From contig OZ210885.1 of NCBI GenBank assembly GCA_964658305.1, positions 21,390,001-21,454,000 of the forward strand: DNA of 64,000 bases, in the 5' to 3' direction. The first letter of the stretch is position 1. Every line of letters starts with the position of its first letter. The position numbers were made by a program, and so were the translations under genes. The notes under the pieces are model-generated. The model was given only the letters and a program-made list of their open reading frames with translations, did not search any database and had not been told where the DNA came from. The DNA is from Leptogorgia sarmentosa (Eukaryota). This document shows, piece after piece, positions 25,365-37,905 of the stretch.

Positions 25365-25961
25365 ATGGACGATGATTGTTACGAAAGTGTGGATGATTCA
25401 AAACCATACATGTTCGAACCAATGCCAAATGAAAATACACAGAGTGACAGTTCGGGGACCGATACTGGCAGTTCGCATGCAAGTGAAGACGAAGTTGATG
25501 AAGAATTTGAAGCAATAAATCGCTGGCGTTTGTCTACATTGGAGTGGTGCAAATGTGGCTATTGCGATATAATGTCTAAGACAATCGAAAGCTTTTGCTC
25601 CCATGAAAAATCCATCGAATACGATGAATATGATGACAAACTGAAGTCTGCGCAAGATCAAGGCTTCACATGCATAACGAAATTGTCTTCATTTGAACAA
25701 AACATTTCTCGCGATGTGCTTGAAGTAGACATTATGCAATATGTTGAAGACAATTGGCTACTAGATGATGAAGACATTGCTCGTATGCACAAACTATTTC
25801 GTCTAGTGGGTTATCGAAGGTGTTCGCGCTGGATCTTTCAAATACTTGGCAAGATGTGTCGTCGACCATTCCCATCGTGTATTTACAAGTGCATACGGGG
25901 CAAGTTTTCATCACCTGATGGGCTTTATACACATTTTAATTCCCTAAGTGAAGTTTGTTGA
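25365..25961 (+). CDS. Kolobok accessory protein with a P2RX7-C-terminal-like Cys-rich domain
   Basis: WCKCGYCDIM...ESFC, CIT, YRR..RWI...LGK..RRPFPSC....IR.KF...G.YT.F. Confidence 0.8.
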   Translation: MDDDCYESVDDSKPYMFEPMPNENTQSDSSGTDTGSSHASEDEVDEEFEAINRWRLSTLEWCKCGYCDIMSKTIESFCSHEKSIEYDEYDDKLKSAQDQGFTCITKLSSFEQNISRDVLEVDIMQYVEDNWLLDDEDIARMHKLFRLVGYRRCSRWIFQILGKMCRRPFPSCIYKCIRGKFSSPDGLYTHFNSLSEVC

Positions 25962-27451
25962 CACAAGCTAGCTTTCACTGGTTTCCCTGCATGCTGCTTC
26001 CTACAATTCTATCGATATTGTTTCAGCGATTTGAACACAACTTCTTTGCAGTAACAATTAGGCGAAGATCTGACAACGGCGAAGATCTGCTTTACACGAA
26101 CACCTCTTGGTTGCACATTTTCCGACATAGCTACATGCCACAGCTTCCGTAGAAATGAGCTCGGGCAAAGCTGGCTTCGTGAACCTGCTGTGCCTTCTTG
26201 CAACAACACTTTCTTTGGACAATTGAGAACTGCCGTTGATGTAGGACTCCACCAGCGAGACTGGTTCTTCCGGAAGCACTACTGTGGCATTTTTCAGAGC
26301 TTTTTGCACTGTGGGAAAATCTTGACAAAGTTTTAAACACTCGCATTGGATTTTCTTCACATAGTCTAGGGGTTAAAATTAAAGTTATGAGTTATATCAG
26401 AGGAGCATTAATCGAGACATTAATTATAGTGTGTAATTAATGGGTCATTCCAAGCCAAAGCAACCAATCTTCCTGCACGCCCGTAACAGATTCAACTAAA
26501 ATTTGGCACACACGTAGAGTATAGCATAGTTAGAAACTGTGTGGATTTTAACTTGATAATACTTAGTATTTCAAAAGATATAAGTAAATTACTGCGAACC
26601 TGACAGGAGCGGATGTTGCCAATTTGACAGAATTGCATAATTACCGAGCAGTTTGTTTCTAAATATTCCGTTAACTGCTGCACATATTTCAACGAAAATT
26701 TGAACACAAATACAACTAACATTGCTTTCTGGCGTTTACGGGTCTGTTTTAACAGGCAGTGAAAATTTACGAAAATAACGCGAGATCAACAAAGGTCCAA
26801 AAATGACAAAACTCAATTAAGAGGTAAATTCAGATTACAATATTTCTGTAGATATGAGTTCAGAAACGTCTATATCACACAAGCCGAGTAGTATATCTTT
26901 AAAGAATTATCATTAGTAATTGCAGCGTGATATAACAAGTTGGACGTAAAATATCGACGTTTGTTATATGAAACATTGCAAGAATTTTTGAAATTGCCTT
27001 GTTTTCAACAGAAGAAAAGAGTATGTAGGATTGATCGAACAGAGTCAATATTTTGGTTTTTTGAAGAACATTAATGCCTAAAACTGTGGTCAAAATTTCG
27101 TTATTGTTCTCGAAATGGTTGTATACAAGCGAGCGATCAGAAAATTGGCATTTTGCAGTAATTAAATTCAAATGTAAACAAAGAAACCTGAATGTTGTAC
27201 GTATTCAGCTTTTCCGTGTGTGTGCCTACAGAAAAATATTTCATTGCTATTTACTAGTCACGACAAAAAAGTACCCTAAAAGTACAAAAAGATGTTTTCT
27301 TACCTCTTGCATAAGCTAAAGTTCACAGCGAAAAAAAATGACCGCAAGCAAATAAACAGAAACGCATGGTCCGAAGTTAATAATTAATCTCGCAAATGAA
27401 GTGTCAATTTCGCGCATTAAAAAAGAAAATTACTGTTTAATTACGTTGATT

Positions 27452-27775
27452 AAAATAGAAAGTAGGAATGAATCAAAGTAGAAGTTAAATAAAAATAACA
27501 GATGAAAATTTGCTGTGGTTATCGAGAGATTGAAAAACTATAAGCATGGGTGCAATTAAGTCAAGGCCTGGCTTTTGGATGGTTGCATGCACTATCATTA
27601 TTACCTGTTCACAAAAATAGAAAGTAGGAATGAATCAAAGTAGAAGTTAAATAAAAATAACAGATGAAAATTTGCTGTGGTTATCGAGAGATTGAAAAAC
27701 TATAAGCATGGGTGCAATTAAGTCAAGGCCTGGCTTTTGGATGGTCACATGCGCTATCATTATTACCTGTTCACA
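27452..27775. repeat. Tandem duplication, 2 x 162 bp
   Basis: Near-identical units start at 27452 and 27614. Confidence 0.9.
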
Positions 27776-27795
27776 CATGTTAAACTATTTTTAGT

Positions 27796-27926
27796 TGTTA
27801 CAGCGCACATTACAGTATAGTCGCATGAGTCATATACACATGAACTAATTTACATTTACATAATACAATAGACAGTAGGAACATGCAATCATGCATTTGC
27901 ATTGTCCACAACACCACCCCCAACCA
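27796..27926 (-). mobile_element. Gypsy 3' LTR start and polypurine tract
   Basis: On the minus strand a G-rich PPT (27926-27914) is followed by TGTTGTGGAC at 27913. The LTR appears truncated. Confidence 0.6.
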
Positions 27927-27989
27927 AACCATTAACTTGTCCCCATAATGGTACTCGTGTGGGTATTAATTCAGAATTCCAAAGTTCTG

Positions 27990-30900
27990 CCTGATCTCCC
28001 CTGTATCTCCAGAGTCTGTTCCTGTGAACAACTTTAGGTTTCCCTTTTCCTCGCTGAATCCTGTAAACGAGGTCATTTAGCCGTTTGAGAACGTGATATG
28101 GCCCTTTCCCACGGTCGCATTAACTTAACACTGATTCGTTTTCGTGGATTATATAACCAAACTCTGTCACCTTCGGTAAATATACTAGAAGAACTATCTA
28201 TATCGTAATGTCTCTTCATTGTCTCAAAACTTTGCTCCAAATTCTCTCGTGTAACTTTATGTACCAATTGTAGATTTTCTTGGAGGTTTCTGACGTAAGA
28301 AGAATAGCTGTCGAAATCTGTTCCGTCCGGCCGCTCATACATTAAGTCAATGGGTGCCTTCATTTCTCTTCCCATCATTAGTCTTGACGGACTGAAACGT
28401 GTTGCTGCGTGGATGGCAGTTCGATAGGCCATTAATAGTAACGGCATGTACGTGTCCCAATCCCTCTGGTGGTCTGCAATGAACATAGATAACTGTCCTT
28501 TCAACGTTCTATTATATCTCTCTACCATTCCGTCCGATTCAGGGTGCAGTGGTGTAGTTTGAGTCTTCCTGATGTTGAGTAACGAACACATTTCCTGGAA
28601 CACAGCCGATTCGAAATTTGTTCCCTGGTCCGAGTGCATCTCTAGCGGGACTCCAAATCTACACACAAATTCATTGACCAAAGCTGTAGCAACGGTTTTG
28701 GCTTCCTGATTAGGTAACGCATAGGCTTCAGGCCACTTCGTAAAGTAGTCCATGATGACTAGCAAATATCGATTCCCTTGATGAGATCTAACGAGTGGCC
28801 CCATAATATCTAATGCAATCCTTTCCATGGGGGCACCGACAATGTACTTTCCCAGCCGAGCCTTTTGTCTAGTCACAGGACCTTTTCGCGAGGAACACTC
28901 CGGGCAAGTCGAGCACCATAACGTTATATCTTCTCGACAGTGCGGCCAGTAAAATCTCTCGTTAACCTTTTCGAGTGTTTTCCGTACTCCGAAATGTCCT
29001 CCGCTGGGATGATTATGGAGATGTTTCAATACATCTTTCCTAAGTTTCTTCGGTAATACCAACTGTAAACGTGTGAATTTCCTGTCCGACGATTCCCACC
29101 TTCTGTAGAGAACGTCGTTTTGTATACAAAGACTATCCCACTGTGCCCAATAATTCTTCGTTATTGGACTAAAAGCTGAGACTTCTGACCACTCCGGGCG
29201 TTTTGTTCTACTCTTTAGCCACCGAAATAGTGGTCCAATGTCGGAGTCCATGGCTTGGATTTCCGATATATCGTGCCCATTCAAGCATTCGATATCATCA
29301 TTGCTAAGGTTATGGCTGGCGGAGACGCTAACTCGATTTATGGCTAAAGCGTGACTGTCCTCACAGTGAGCTTCAGCTGAGCGTTCTCTCGACTCAGCTC
29401 GATTGTAATTCTTGCAATGTTCTTGGAGACACGGACGTCGTGATAAGACATCAGCATTCAGGTGGCATTTACCTGGGCGGTGTTGGATTGTGAAGTCATA
29501 CTGCTGTATCTTTTGAAGCCAACAGGCTAGCTGACCTTCAACCAATTTGAAGTTCATTAACCATCTAAGAGAGGAATGGTCCGTCCGAATCACGAATTTC
29601 CTGCCATATAGATATGGATGGAAGTGAGCCAATGATTTCACCACTGCTAAGAGTTCCCGTCTGGTAGCACAGTATGCCTGCTGCGTACGATCAAGCGATT
29701 GGCTGTAATAGGCAATAACTTTTTCCACACCACCCTGTTTCTGCGATAGCACCGCTCCCACAGCAACACCACTTGCATCAGTGTCCAGAATCAGCGTTTC
29801 GTCATCCTCTAAGAACGACAAGATTGGGGCGCGCGTCAATATTAATTTCAGGTGTTGAAAAGCAGCCTCAGTACTACCGTCCCAGACGAATTCTACGTTC
29901 TTTTGCGTTAGTCGCGTTAATGGGTTTGCGATATCGGCAAAATTTCTAATAAATTTCCGATAATAGGAGCACAAGCCTAAAAAGCTCCTAAATTCAGAGA
30001 GAGACGTCGGACGTGGCCAGTCTTTCACGTTTTCAATCTTGGATGGGTCAGTGGCTATTCCATTGCAGCTGATAATATGTCCCAAAAACTTCACTTGTTT
30101 TCGAAATAGGTTACACTTCGCTGGTGAAAGCTTTAGGTTCGCTTCTTTGAGGCGTACGAATACTTTCCTTAAATTCTCCAAATGCGCTGCAAAGGTTTTT
30201 CCATGCACTATAATATCGTCCAGATATACGAGACAAACATCCCACGTCAAACCAGCAAGAACATGATCCATGAGACGCTCGAATGTTGCTGGGGCATTGC
30301 ACAGGCCAAATGGCATTACTCTAAAGTGCCATAAGCCACCACCGACGGTAAAAGCTGTTTTTTCCATATCTGCTGGTTCCATGCCAACCTGCCAGTATCC
30401 TAATGTGGAAAACCAGGTGGAACCGCTGAGGGCGTCGAGGGTATCATCAATCCTAGGTAGCGGATAGGAATCTTTGATTGTTACGTTGTTTAATTTGCGA
30501 TAGTCCACGCAAAAACGAAGACTTCCATCCTTCTTCGCAACCAGAACGACCGGCGATGACCACGGGCTAGTAGACAGTTCAATGATTCCCTCTTTAAGCA
30601 TATCGTCTATGGCTTGACAAGCTACATCTTTCTTCGTGTATGGTAAACGTCTGGGAGGTTGTTTGATTGGCTTGGCCGCACCTGTTTTAATGCGATGTTT
30701 CACCAAATCAGTCTTTCCCAAGTCTGACGCGTCCTTCGAAAAGACACTGGCGTTCTCACAAAACAGATCAAAAACTTTATTTCTTTGCTCATCGGCATCC
30801 AAACTTTCCATACTGCTTGCGTAAAGATCTTTCATATGAACCGGCATATCTTCCGAGGGCTGTGAACATTCTGCACAACATTCATTGTCAGAACGGATAA

Positions 30901-31630
30901 TAAAATTTACGGCTTCACATTTCGCCAAATCCCTGCCAGCCAGAATTTCACGTCTCTCGTCTGTGACATTCATTAACCGTACCGGAACATTCGGGGCGTT
31001 GGTTGTCAGATTTGTTAGGACTTTACCGATCATAAGTCCTGGAATCGACTCTTGGTCAGTTGGTGGATGATTCCCCATCCAGGTGTACGACGATAACCTA
31101 CCACTTTCGCTGGAATAACTACCTCAGTCTGTGGTTCGACGCTGACGTTTGCAGCAGCATATCCGTACCATCGACTGACGACTGCAACAATGGAATCACG
31201 ATTGTTCCCATCGACAATACTCCATCCGTAAGGTTCAGTTGACAACGATGCTGACATAAGAAGTCCAGTCCCAATATACACGTCTCGTTTATTTCAGCGA
31301 CATAGAAGAGCTGAAGAATATCTTGATTGCCAATTTTAACTTTAAGTGTGATTTTTCCTAGCATATTTAACCTTTCCCCCGTAACAGATTGTAAGCAGTT
31401 CTGAACTGGCTCCATACTTAAAATCCTTTGTGATTCTCTCCAACATTTGATGGCTGACGATAGACATATTACTTCCTGTGTCCACAATCATTTCTACAAT
31501 TTCTCTTTCAAGTCGTGCTTCTACACAAAGTCCATCTTTCTTACGTACAAACTCCTTCCTGCTTGCCGAATTTCTTGAGGCGTTCTTCTCTACCGCCGAG
31601 CCCCGCCCCTCTGACTCGACTTCTGGTCGT
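27990..31630 (-). pseudogene. Gypsy/Ty3 pol (PR-RT-RNaseH-IN)
   Basis: VDTGS protease, RT YLDD, RNase H DTDAS, integrase HHCC and D-D-E (ALDIMG, SDQGTNF, MVERYN). There are frameshifts in the protease region. RT motif A lacks DLxS (reads STLGYWQ), so the RT is dead. Confidence 0.92.
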
Positions 31631-32853
31631 TTCCTGACTCTTGTTTCCCTTTATCCTCTCGATACGTGTGACAATCTCGCTGAAGATGATCCTCTGACCC
31701 ACTAGTCCAACACTTCTTCTTTTCCCAGGGCGGTGACCCCTGTCGCTTCCTTCCTCCTCGATTTACCCCTTTTACAACTTCACGCAAATCACTGGTCATT
31801 CGCTTCAACTCGGTCAGAAATTCATTGTTCTTTTTGAAAGTCTCTTCCAAAGGGTCAATTACAATCTCCATTTGGACACTTGGTGTCGGCAGTTGCTGTA
31901 TTGCTCTAACTGGTCTTACTCTTCTCCGGGCAGCAAGGCTAAACGATTCGATCTCCAAAGCAATACCAAGAGCAGCCCTCAGTGAGGTAGGTCGAGCTTG
32001 TGCAACTCTAAGCCGTAACTCTTCATCAATCAGAGCGTCAATAAATTGGTCTTTAGTTAGCGTTTCTAGAACATCAACTGGTGCATCCGGATATGCAAGA
32101 CGTGCAAGCCTTTCGATATCTTCTGCTACTTCCGGTAACGTTTCATCTCGACGGCGAATGCGGTTGCGGAGTTTCATCCGGTGTAACTCAGACTGCCTTT
32201 TATTACCGAACCTACTTTCGAGTGCGGCGAGGAGGGACTGAAAATTCTTTCGACTTTCGGGTGGTAAATTTGAAAGGACCGTAAGTGCTCGACCTCTCAG
32301 ACAGGTAGCTAAGAAAGCTGCCTTTTCTGCATCTTCCCATTGATTTATCTCGGCAACTATTTGAAACTGGGTAATATACGCTTCCCATGACAAGCGACCA
32401 TCAAACTCAGCAGGCTTTTGCACAGGTCGTCCAGCCGAAATATCTGTCGCACGAGTAGTTGTGGCGTAAGACCGCTCTTGCTTTTCATCTTTGTTGAGTA
32501 ACACCTTACTGATGGGTGTCGAGGTGGGCAATATGCTTTCACGAGGTGTATCGGTATGTTCCGGATCGTTGAATCTCACTGGAAATTGGTCCTTTGTCGC
32601 CGTCGTTACTGATTCGGGTTTGATACGAGCAGTTACAAGTGAATTAAACTCTTCTCGTAGTTCGTTTTTTATAATTTGATGCAATGAAGCCAGTACTTTC
32701 GCGTTAACTTTTTCAAACTGTTCTTCTTTTGTTTTCATGTCTGTCTCTAGATGCTCTACTCGACCACGTAAATCAGCAACTTCGGCTTCAAGCTCTTTAT
32801 TTCTATCGCAAACACGAGAGAAATCGGTTGACAAATCCAACATTGTATTGTTA
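31590..32853 (-). pseudogene. Gypsy gag, minus-strand copy (5' deleted)
   Basis: FDGRLSWEAYITQF capsid motif and a mutated zinc knuckle CWTSGSEDHLQRDC. Confidence 0.9.
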
Positions 32854-32879
32854 ATTAGGAGTAAATAGAACCTCCACGA

Positions 32880-34863
32880 ATTAAAAAGTGTTTAAAAGAG
32901 CAGCGGACAGTATTTGATTTTTATCGCGGCAGGACGCGACATTTGGCGACCCCGCCAGGATTCGTGGAGGTTCTATTTACTCCTCGAATGATGCCTGTTA
33001 CTCGATCTCAAGCAGCTCAGCAAGAAGGCGATGATATATTGAATGATGAAGGTGCTCAAAATAGTGACGAAGTGGTCCGTTCGCCGTTCGAGGCGGAATT
33101 ATTGAGTGTGGTTCAAGAGCAACGCGAACTGCTTAAACAATACAAACGACAACAGGAAATCAGAGTCCAGGGATTGGTCGATGTGGTTAACAATACAATG
33201 TTGGATTTGTCAACCGATTTCTCTCGTGTTTGCGATAGAAATAAAGAGCTTGAAGCCGAAGTTGCTGATTTACGTGGTCGAGTAGAGCATCTAGAAACAG
33301 ACATGAAAACAAGAGAAGAACAGTTTGAAAAAGTTAACGCGAAAGTACTGGCTTCATTGCATCAAATTATAAAAAACGAACTACGAGAAGAGTTTAATTC
33401 ACTTGTAACTGCTCGTATCAAACCCGAATCAGTAACGACGGCGACAAAGGACCAATTTCCAGTGAGATTCAACGATCCGGAACATACCGATACACCTCGT
33501 GAAAGCATATTGCCCACCTCGACATCCATCAGTAAGGTGTTACTCAACAAAGATGAAAAGCAAGAGCGGTCTTACGCCACAACTACTCGTGCGACAGATA
33601 TTTCGGCTGGACGACCTGTGCAAAAGCCTGCTGAGTTTGATGGTCGCTTGTCATGGGAAGCGTATATTACCCAGTTTCAAATAGTTGCCGAGATAAATCA
33701 ATGGGAAGATGCAGAAAAGGCAGCTTTCTTAGCTACCAGTCTGAGAGGTCAAGCACTTACGGTCCTTTCAAATTTACCACCCGAAAGTCGAAAGAATTTT
33801 CAGTCCCTCCTTACCGCACTCGAAAGTAGGTTCGGTAATAAAAGGCAGTCTGAGTTACACCGGATGAAACTCCGCAACCGCATTCGCCGTCGAGATGAAA
33901 CGTTACCGGAAGTAGCAGAAGATATCGAAAGGCTTGCACGTCTTGCATATCCGGATGCACCAGTTGATGTTCTAGAAACGCTAACTAAAGACCAATTTAT
34001 TGACGCTCTGATTGATGAAGAGTTACGGCTTAGAGTTGCATAAGCTCGACCTACCTCACTGAGGGCTGCTCTTGGTATTGCTTTGGAGATCGAATCGTTT
34101 AGCCTTGCTGCCCGGAGAAGAGTAAGACCAGTTAGAGCAATACAGCAACTGCCGACACCAAGTGTCCAAACGGAGATTGTAATTGACCCTTTGGAAGAGA
34201 CTTTGAAAAAGAACAATGAATTTCTGACCGAGTTGAAGCGAATGACCAGTGATTTGCGTGAAGTTGTAAAAGGGGTAAATCGAGGAGGAAGGAAGTGACA
34301 GGGGTCACTGCCCTGGGAAAAGAAGAAGTGTTGGACTTGTGGGTCAGAGGATCATCTTCAGCGAGATTGTCACACGTATCGAGAGGATAAAGGGAAACAA
34401 GAGTTGGGAAACGACCAGAAGTCGAGTCAGAGGGGCAGGGCTCGGCGGTAGAGAAGAACGCCTCAAGAAATTCGGCAAGCAGGAAGGAGTTTGTACGTAA
34501 GATTTGGCAAAATGTGAAGCCGTAAATTTTATTATCCGTTCTGACAATGAATGTTGTGCAGAATGTTCACAGCCCTCGGAAGATATGCCGGTTCATATGA
34601 AAGATCTTTACGCAAGCAGTATGGAAAGTTTGGATGCCGATGAGCAAAGAAATAAAGTTTTTGATCTGTTTTGTGAGAACGCCAGTGTCTTTTCGAAGGA
34701 CGCGTCAGACTTGGGAAAGACTGATTTGTTGAAACATCGCATTAAAACAGGTGCGGCCAAGCCAATCAAACAACCTCCCAGACGTTTACCATACGCGAAG
34801 AAAGATGTAGCTTGTCAAGCCATAGACGATATGCTTAAAGAGGGAATCATTGAACCGTCTACT
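32880..34863 (+). mobile_element. Second, inverted copy of the same Gypsy: LTR end, PBS, gag (nonsense-mutated) and a pol fragment with the protease deleted
   Basis: ...GACGCGACA is followed by the PBS TGGCGACCCCGCCAGGA (32944). 33187-34499 is the near-identical reverse complement of 31546-32854, and 34501-34863 matches about 30568-30930. Confidence 0.9.
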
Positions 34864-36069
34864 CAACCTAGAGGAAGGTCATTGAATTTTATAACGATGA
34901 CGAAGTGTCACGCGTTTGTCCAGGGAAAAAGGATTTCATCCCCATCGTAAGCTCTGAAGGAAAACGACAACATGTGCAAAAGCGACTCTTGCTCGCTAAT
35001 TTACGTGAACTATATTTGCATTTCAACGAAAAATCATGTGATGAAGACAACATTGGATTTTCTAAATTTTGCGAACTTCGGCCACGTTGGTGCATTACTG
35101 TTGGAGCTAAAGGAACGCATTCGGTATGCGTTTGTGAACAGCATCAGAACGTCAAGTTACTGCTGGCTTCGCTCCCTGGTCCAAAGCTCGATCCCTGGTC
35201 CAAAGCTCGATCATAAATGCTTAATGGAGAAAGTTGTTTGTGATGTCAATGATAGGAATTGTATGCTTCATCGTTAGTGAAGTATTTTAGTGATGGAGCC
35301 TCCAGTCAGTACAAAAACTGCAAAAACATTCTAAACTTATGCTATCATGAGGAGGATTTTGGGATCAAGGCAGAATGGCATTTTTTTGCTACAAGCCATG
35401 TGAAAAGTCCCTGCAACGGTATTGGTGGCACCATTAAGCGCCTTGTTGCTAGAGCTAGCCTTCAAGCTACCACAGTAAACCACATCCTCTGCGCCAAAGA
35501 ACTTTTCTTACGGGCCAAAGCGAACATTTCAGGTATTGAAATGCTCTTCGTAAGCGCCAACGAAATTGAAAGATGCGACATGGTCTTGAAGCCACGTTTG
35601 GACGCCGCCAAAACCATTGCTGGAACCAGGAGTCATCATAGTTTTGTGCCGGTTAGTTCCAACGTCCTGCAAATGCGGCGAATTTCAGCAGATCTGGAAG
35701 GAACATCCGTGAAAGTAGCATGTCCTACACAAACGCAGCAACCATTCTCTTTCACACCAGGTCAGTATGTGGCAGCTGTTTACAACAGGGTTTGGTACCT
35801 TAGAAGGGTGGGTGGTGGATGTATCACATGAGAATGAAGACGTGCTGATAAACTTTATGAGAGCCCGGAATCCTGGCACCACAATTCGTTCATTCATATG
35901 GCCTCCAAGACGAGACGAATGTTGGGTTCCCTTCGAGCATGTTTTATGTAATGTGAAACAACCGTTGCAGATTACAGAGGGACAAATCAAGCAATACAAA
36001 CTCGATAGCTCGGAATTCGAGTTGGTTATGGACAGTTTTGGAAAATATATGAACAGTAACATAAATTGA
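34864..36069 (+). pseudogene. Sola2 transposase remnant
   Basis: CPGKKD, QKRLLL.NL.ELY, GFSKFCELRP, H.VCVC, FSDGASSQYKN and FFATSH.KSPC.GIGG; internal deletion and frameshifts. Confidence 0.82.
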
Positions 36070-36329
36070 CAATAATGGTTATAGAGGAGATACAGTTGTA
36101 GTTTAACTTGTAATTTTATTAACTAAATTTAATGACTTCTAAGTATTACAGAACTAAGGTAATCTATATTTGTGTTCGACTTCTGCTTTATATCTGCTCC
36201 TGAGTCATTATCATAACAATGTCAAAACTTGGCGTATGAATATATTAACTATATTACATCTTTCTTTCGATCATGAGATACGTATCACTATGAGTTGTTG
36301 AGTTTCAGTTCGATTAAAGGTTCAAGCGA

Positions 36330-37905
36330 TCAGGTGGTTTGATAGCTCTTCCAAACGGAGATCTTGGTAAACCAGATTGTGTCGTATTCATGCTCGCTAT
36401 CTGGTTCTTCTTTCACTTTCAGAACATGGCGACGATTTCTTCGGTAGTTTCGTCCATTTATATTTACCATGTAGGACCTTGGATAACTTGTCTCACTTAT
36501 AATCGTTCCTTTTTTTGTGTATTTTCCTTTAATGTCTGTGGCCCGTACCACATCTCCCTTTTGCAATTTTGGAAGAGGTTTAGCTGTGCGGTCATAATAC
36601 TTTTTGCTTTGCTGTCGATAATGTGATAGGCGTTTTGTAACTTCACTGGGCTCAATGACACATGGTTTGAGCAGTGTATCACTTATTGGCAGTAGCATTT
36701 TCGTTCGTCTGGCCATCAGTCGCTGGACGGGACTGCCTAAAATGCCATCACGTGGTGTATTGCGATGACCAAGCAATGCAAGGTAAGGATCTTCATTGTT
36801 TTTCTTTGCTGTGCTGAGGATTTTCTTTGCATATCCGTTGCTTTGGGGATATCTGGGGGAACTCGTTTTATGCTTAATTCCATATTCAGTAGTGAATTTC
36901 TTGAAGTGGCGGTTATCATATTGTGGACCATTATCACTCATTAACTTGTCGGGGATTCCATAACGGCTGATGTGCATCTTGATCTTCTTAATGATTGTCG
37001 TGGCTTTGGTGTCTTGGAGGTGATCTATTTCGAACCAGCCAGAGTATGCATCAGCTGTGAGTAAGTATATTTGCTTGTCTAATTCGAAAAGGTCTGTAGC
37101 AATATGCTGCCATGGTCGTGTCGGTAGACTCGGTGAGAGGAGTGGTTCTTTTTGATGTTGGGCTTTTGCTTCATTGCATGGCTTGCATTTCTCCACATGA
37201 TCTTGTATGTCTTTCGTCATGGTTGGCCAATAAACTGCTTCTCGTGCGCGTCGTTTACATGCCTCTGCACCGCAATGTCCTGAATGTACCGATTTGAGAA
37301 TTGTGTTAATCATCGAAGCAGGGATTACAACTTTCTCTCCTTTGAATATTATGTCGTCATAGATAGAAAGTGTTTCAGAAAAGTCCCAGTAATGCTTTAT
37401 GCTTGGATCTACTGATCTTTTTTCGTTTGGCCAGCCTTCCAGGATTATTTTGCGTAGTGCTATTAGTGTGGGGTCAGCGAGTGTTGCTGTTTTGAGTTGT
37501 TCACTCGTCTCTGCAGAGAATGGGATGGTTGTATGAACAGTTAAGTCTTCAAATTCAGTTTCTTGATCTGTGTTGTTGAGACACGCATGACTGAGGGTAT
37601 CTGCAACGTGGAGCTGAGTTCCTTTCTTGTAAGTCACTTTCAGGTCGTATCTTTGGAGCTTAAGAAGCATATGCTGTAACCGAAGTGGGCTTTGGTAAAG
37701 CGGTTTCTGGAATATGGACTCAAGTGGTTTGTGGTCACTTTCGATCTGTACTGTTCGTCCGTAAACGTATTGGTGAAATCGCTCACCAAGTACACTATTG
37801 CCAACAATTCTTTTTCGATTTGTGCAAACACACGGCACCCAGTCCATATTGACTGCTATCGCATGAGATCTTTACGGGTTTGTTGACGTCATAGTAGTTG
37901 AGATA
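36330..37905 (-). pseudogene. Second LTR retrotransposon (Gypsy) RNase H-integrase fragment
   Basis: CDSSQYGLGAV, AQIEKELLAIV, SDHKPLE, H.G...C..C, ATDLF, SDNGPQY and YRRNRRH. Confidence 0.88.

Noticed and set aside
25365..25961. P2X7 receptor gene
   Set aside because: Only the Cys-rich tail-like domain is present, with no transmembrane channel, and it lies inside Kolobok TIRs.
35174..35211. Short direct duplications (also about 5662-5703 and 47575-47610)
   Set aside because: These are ordinary slippage duplications in decayed sequence.
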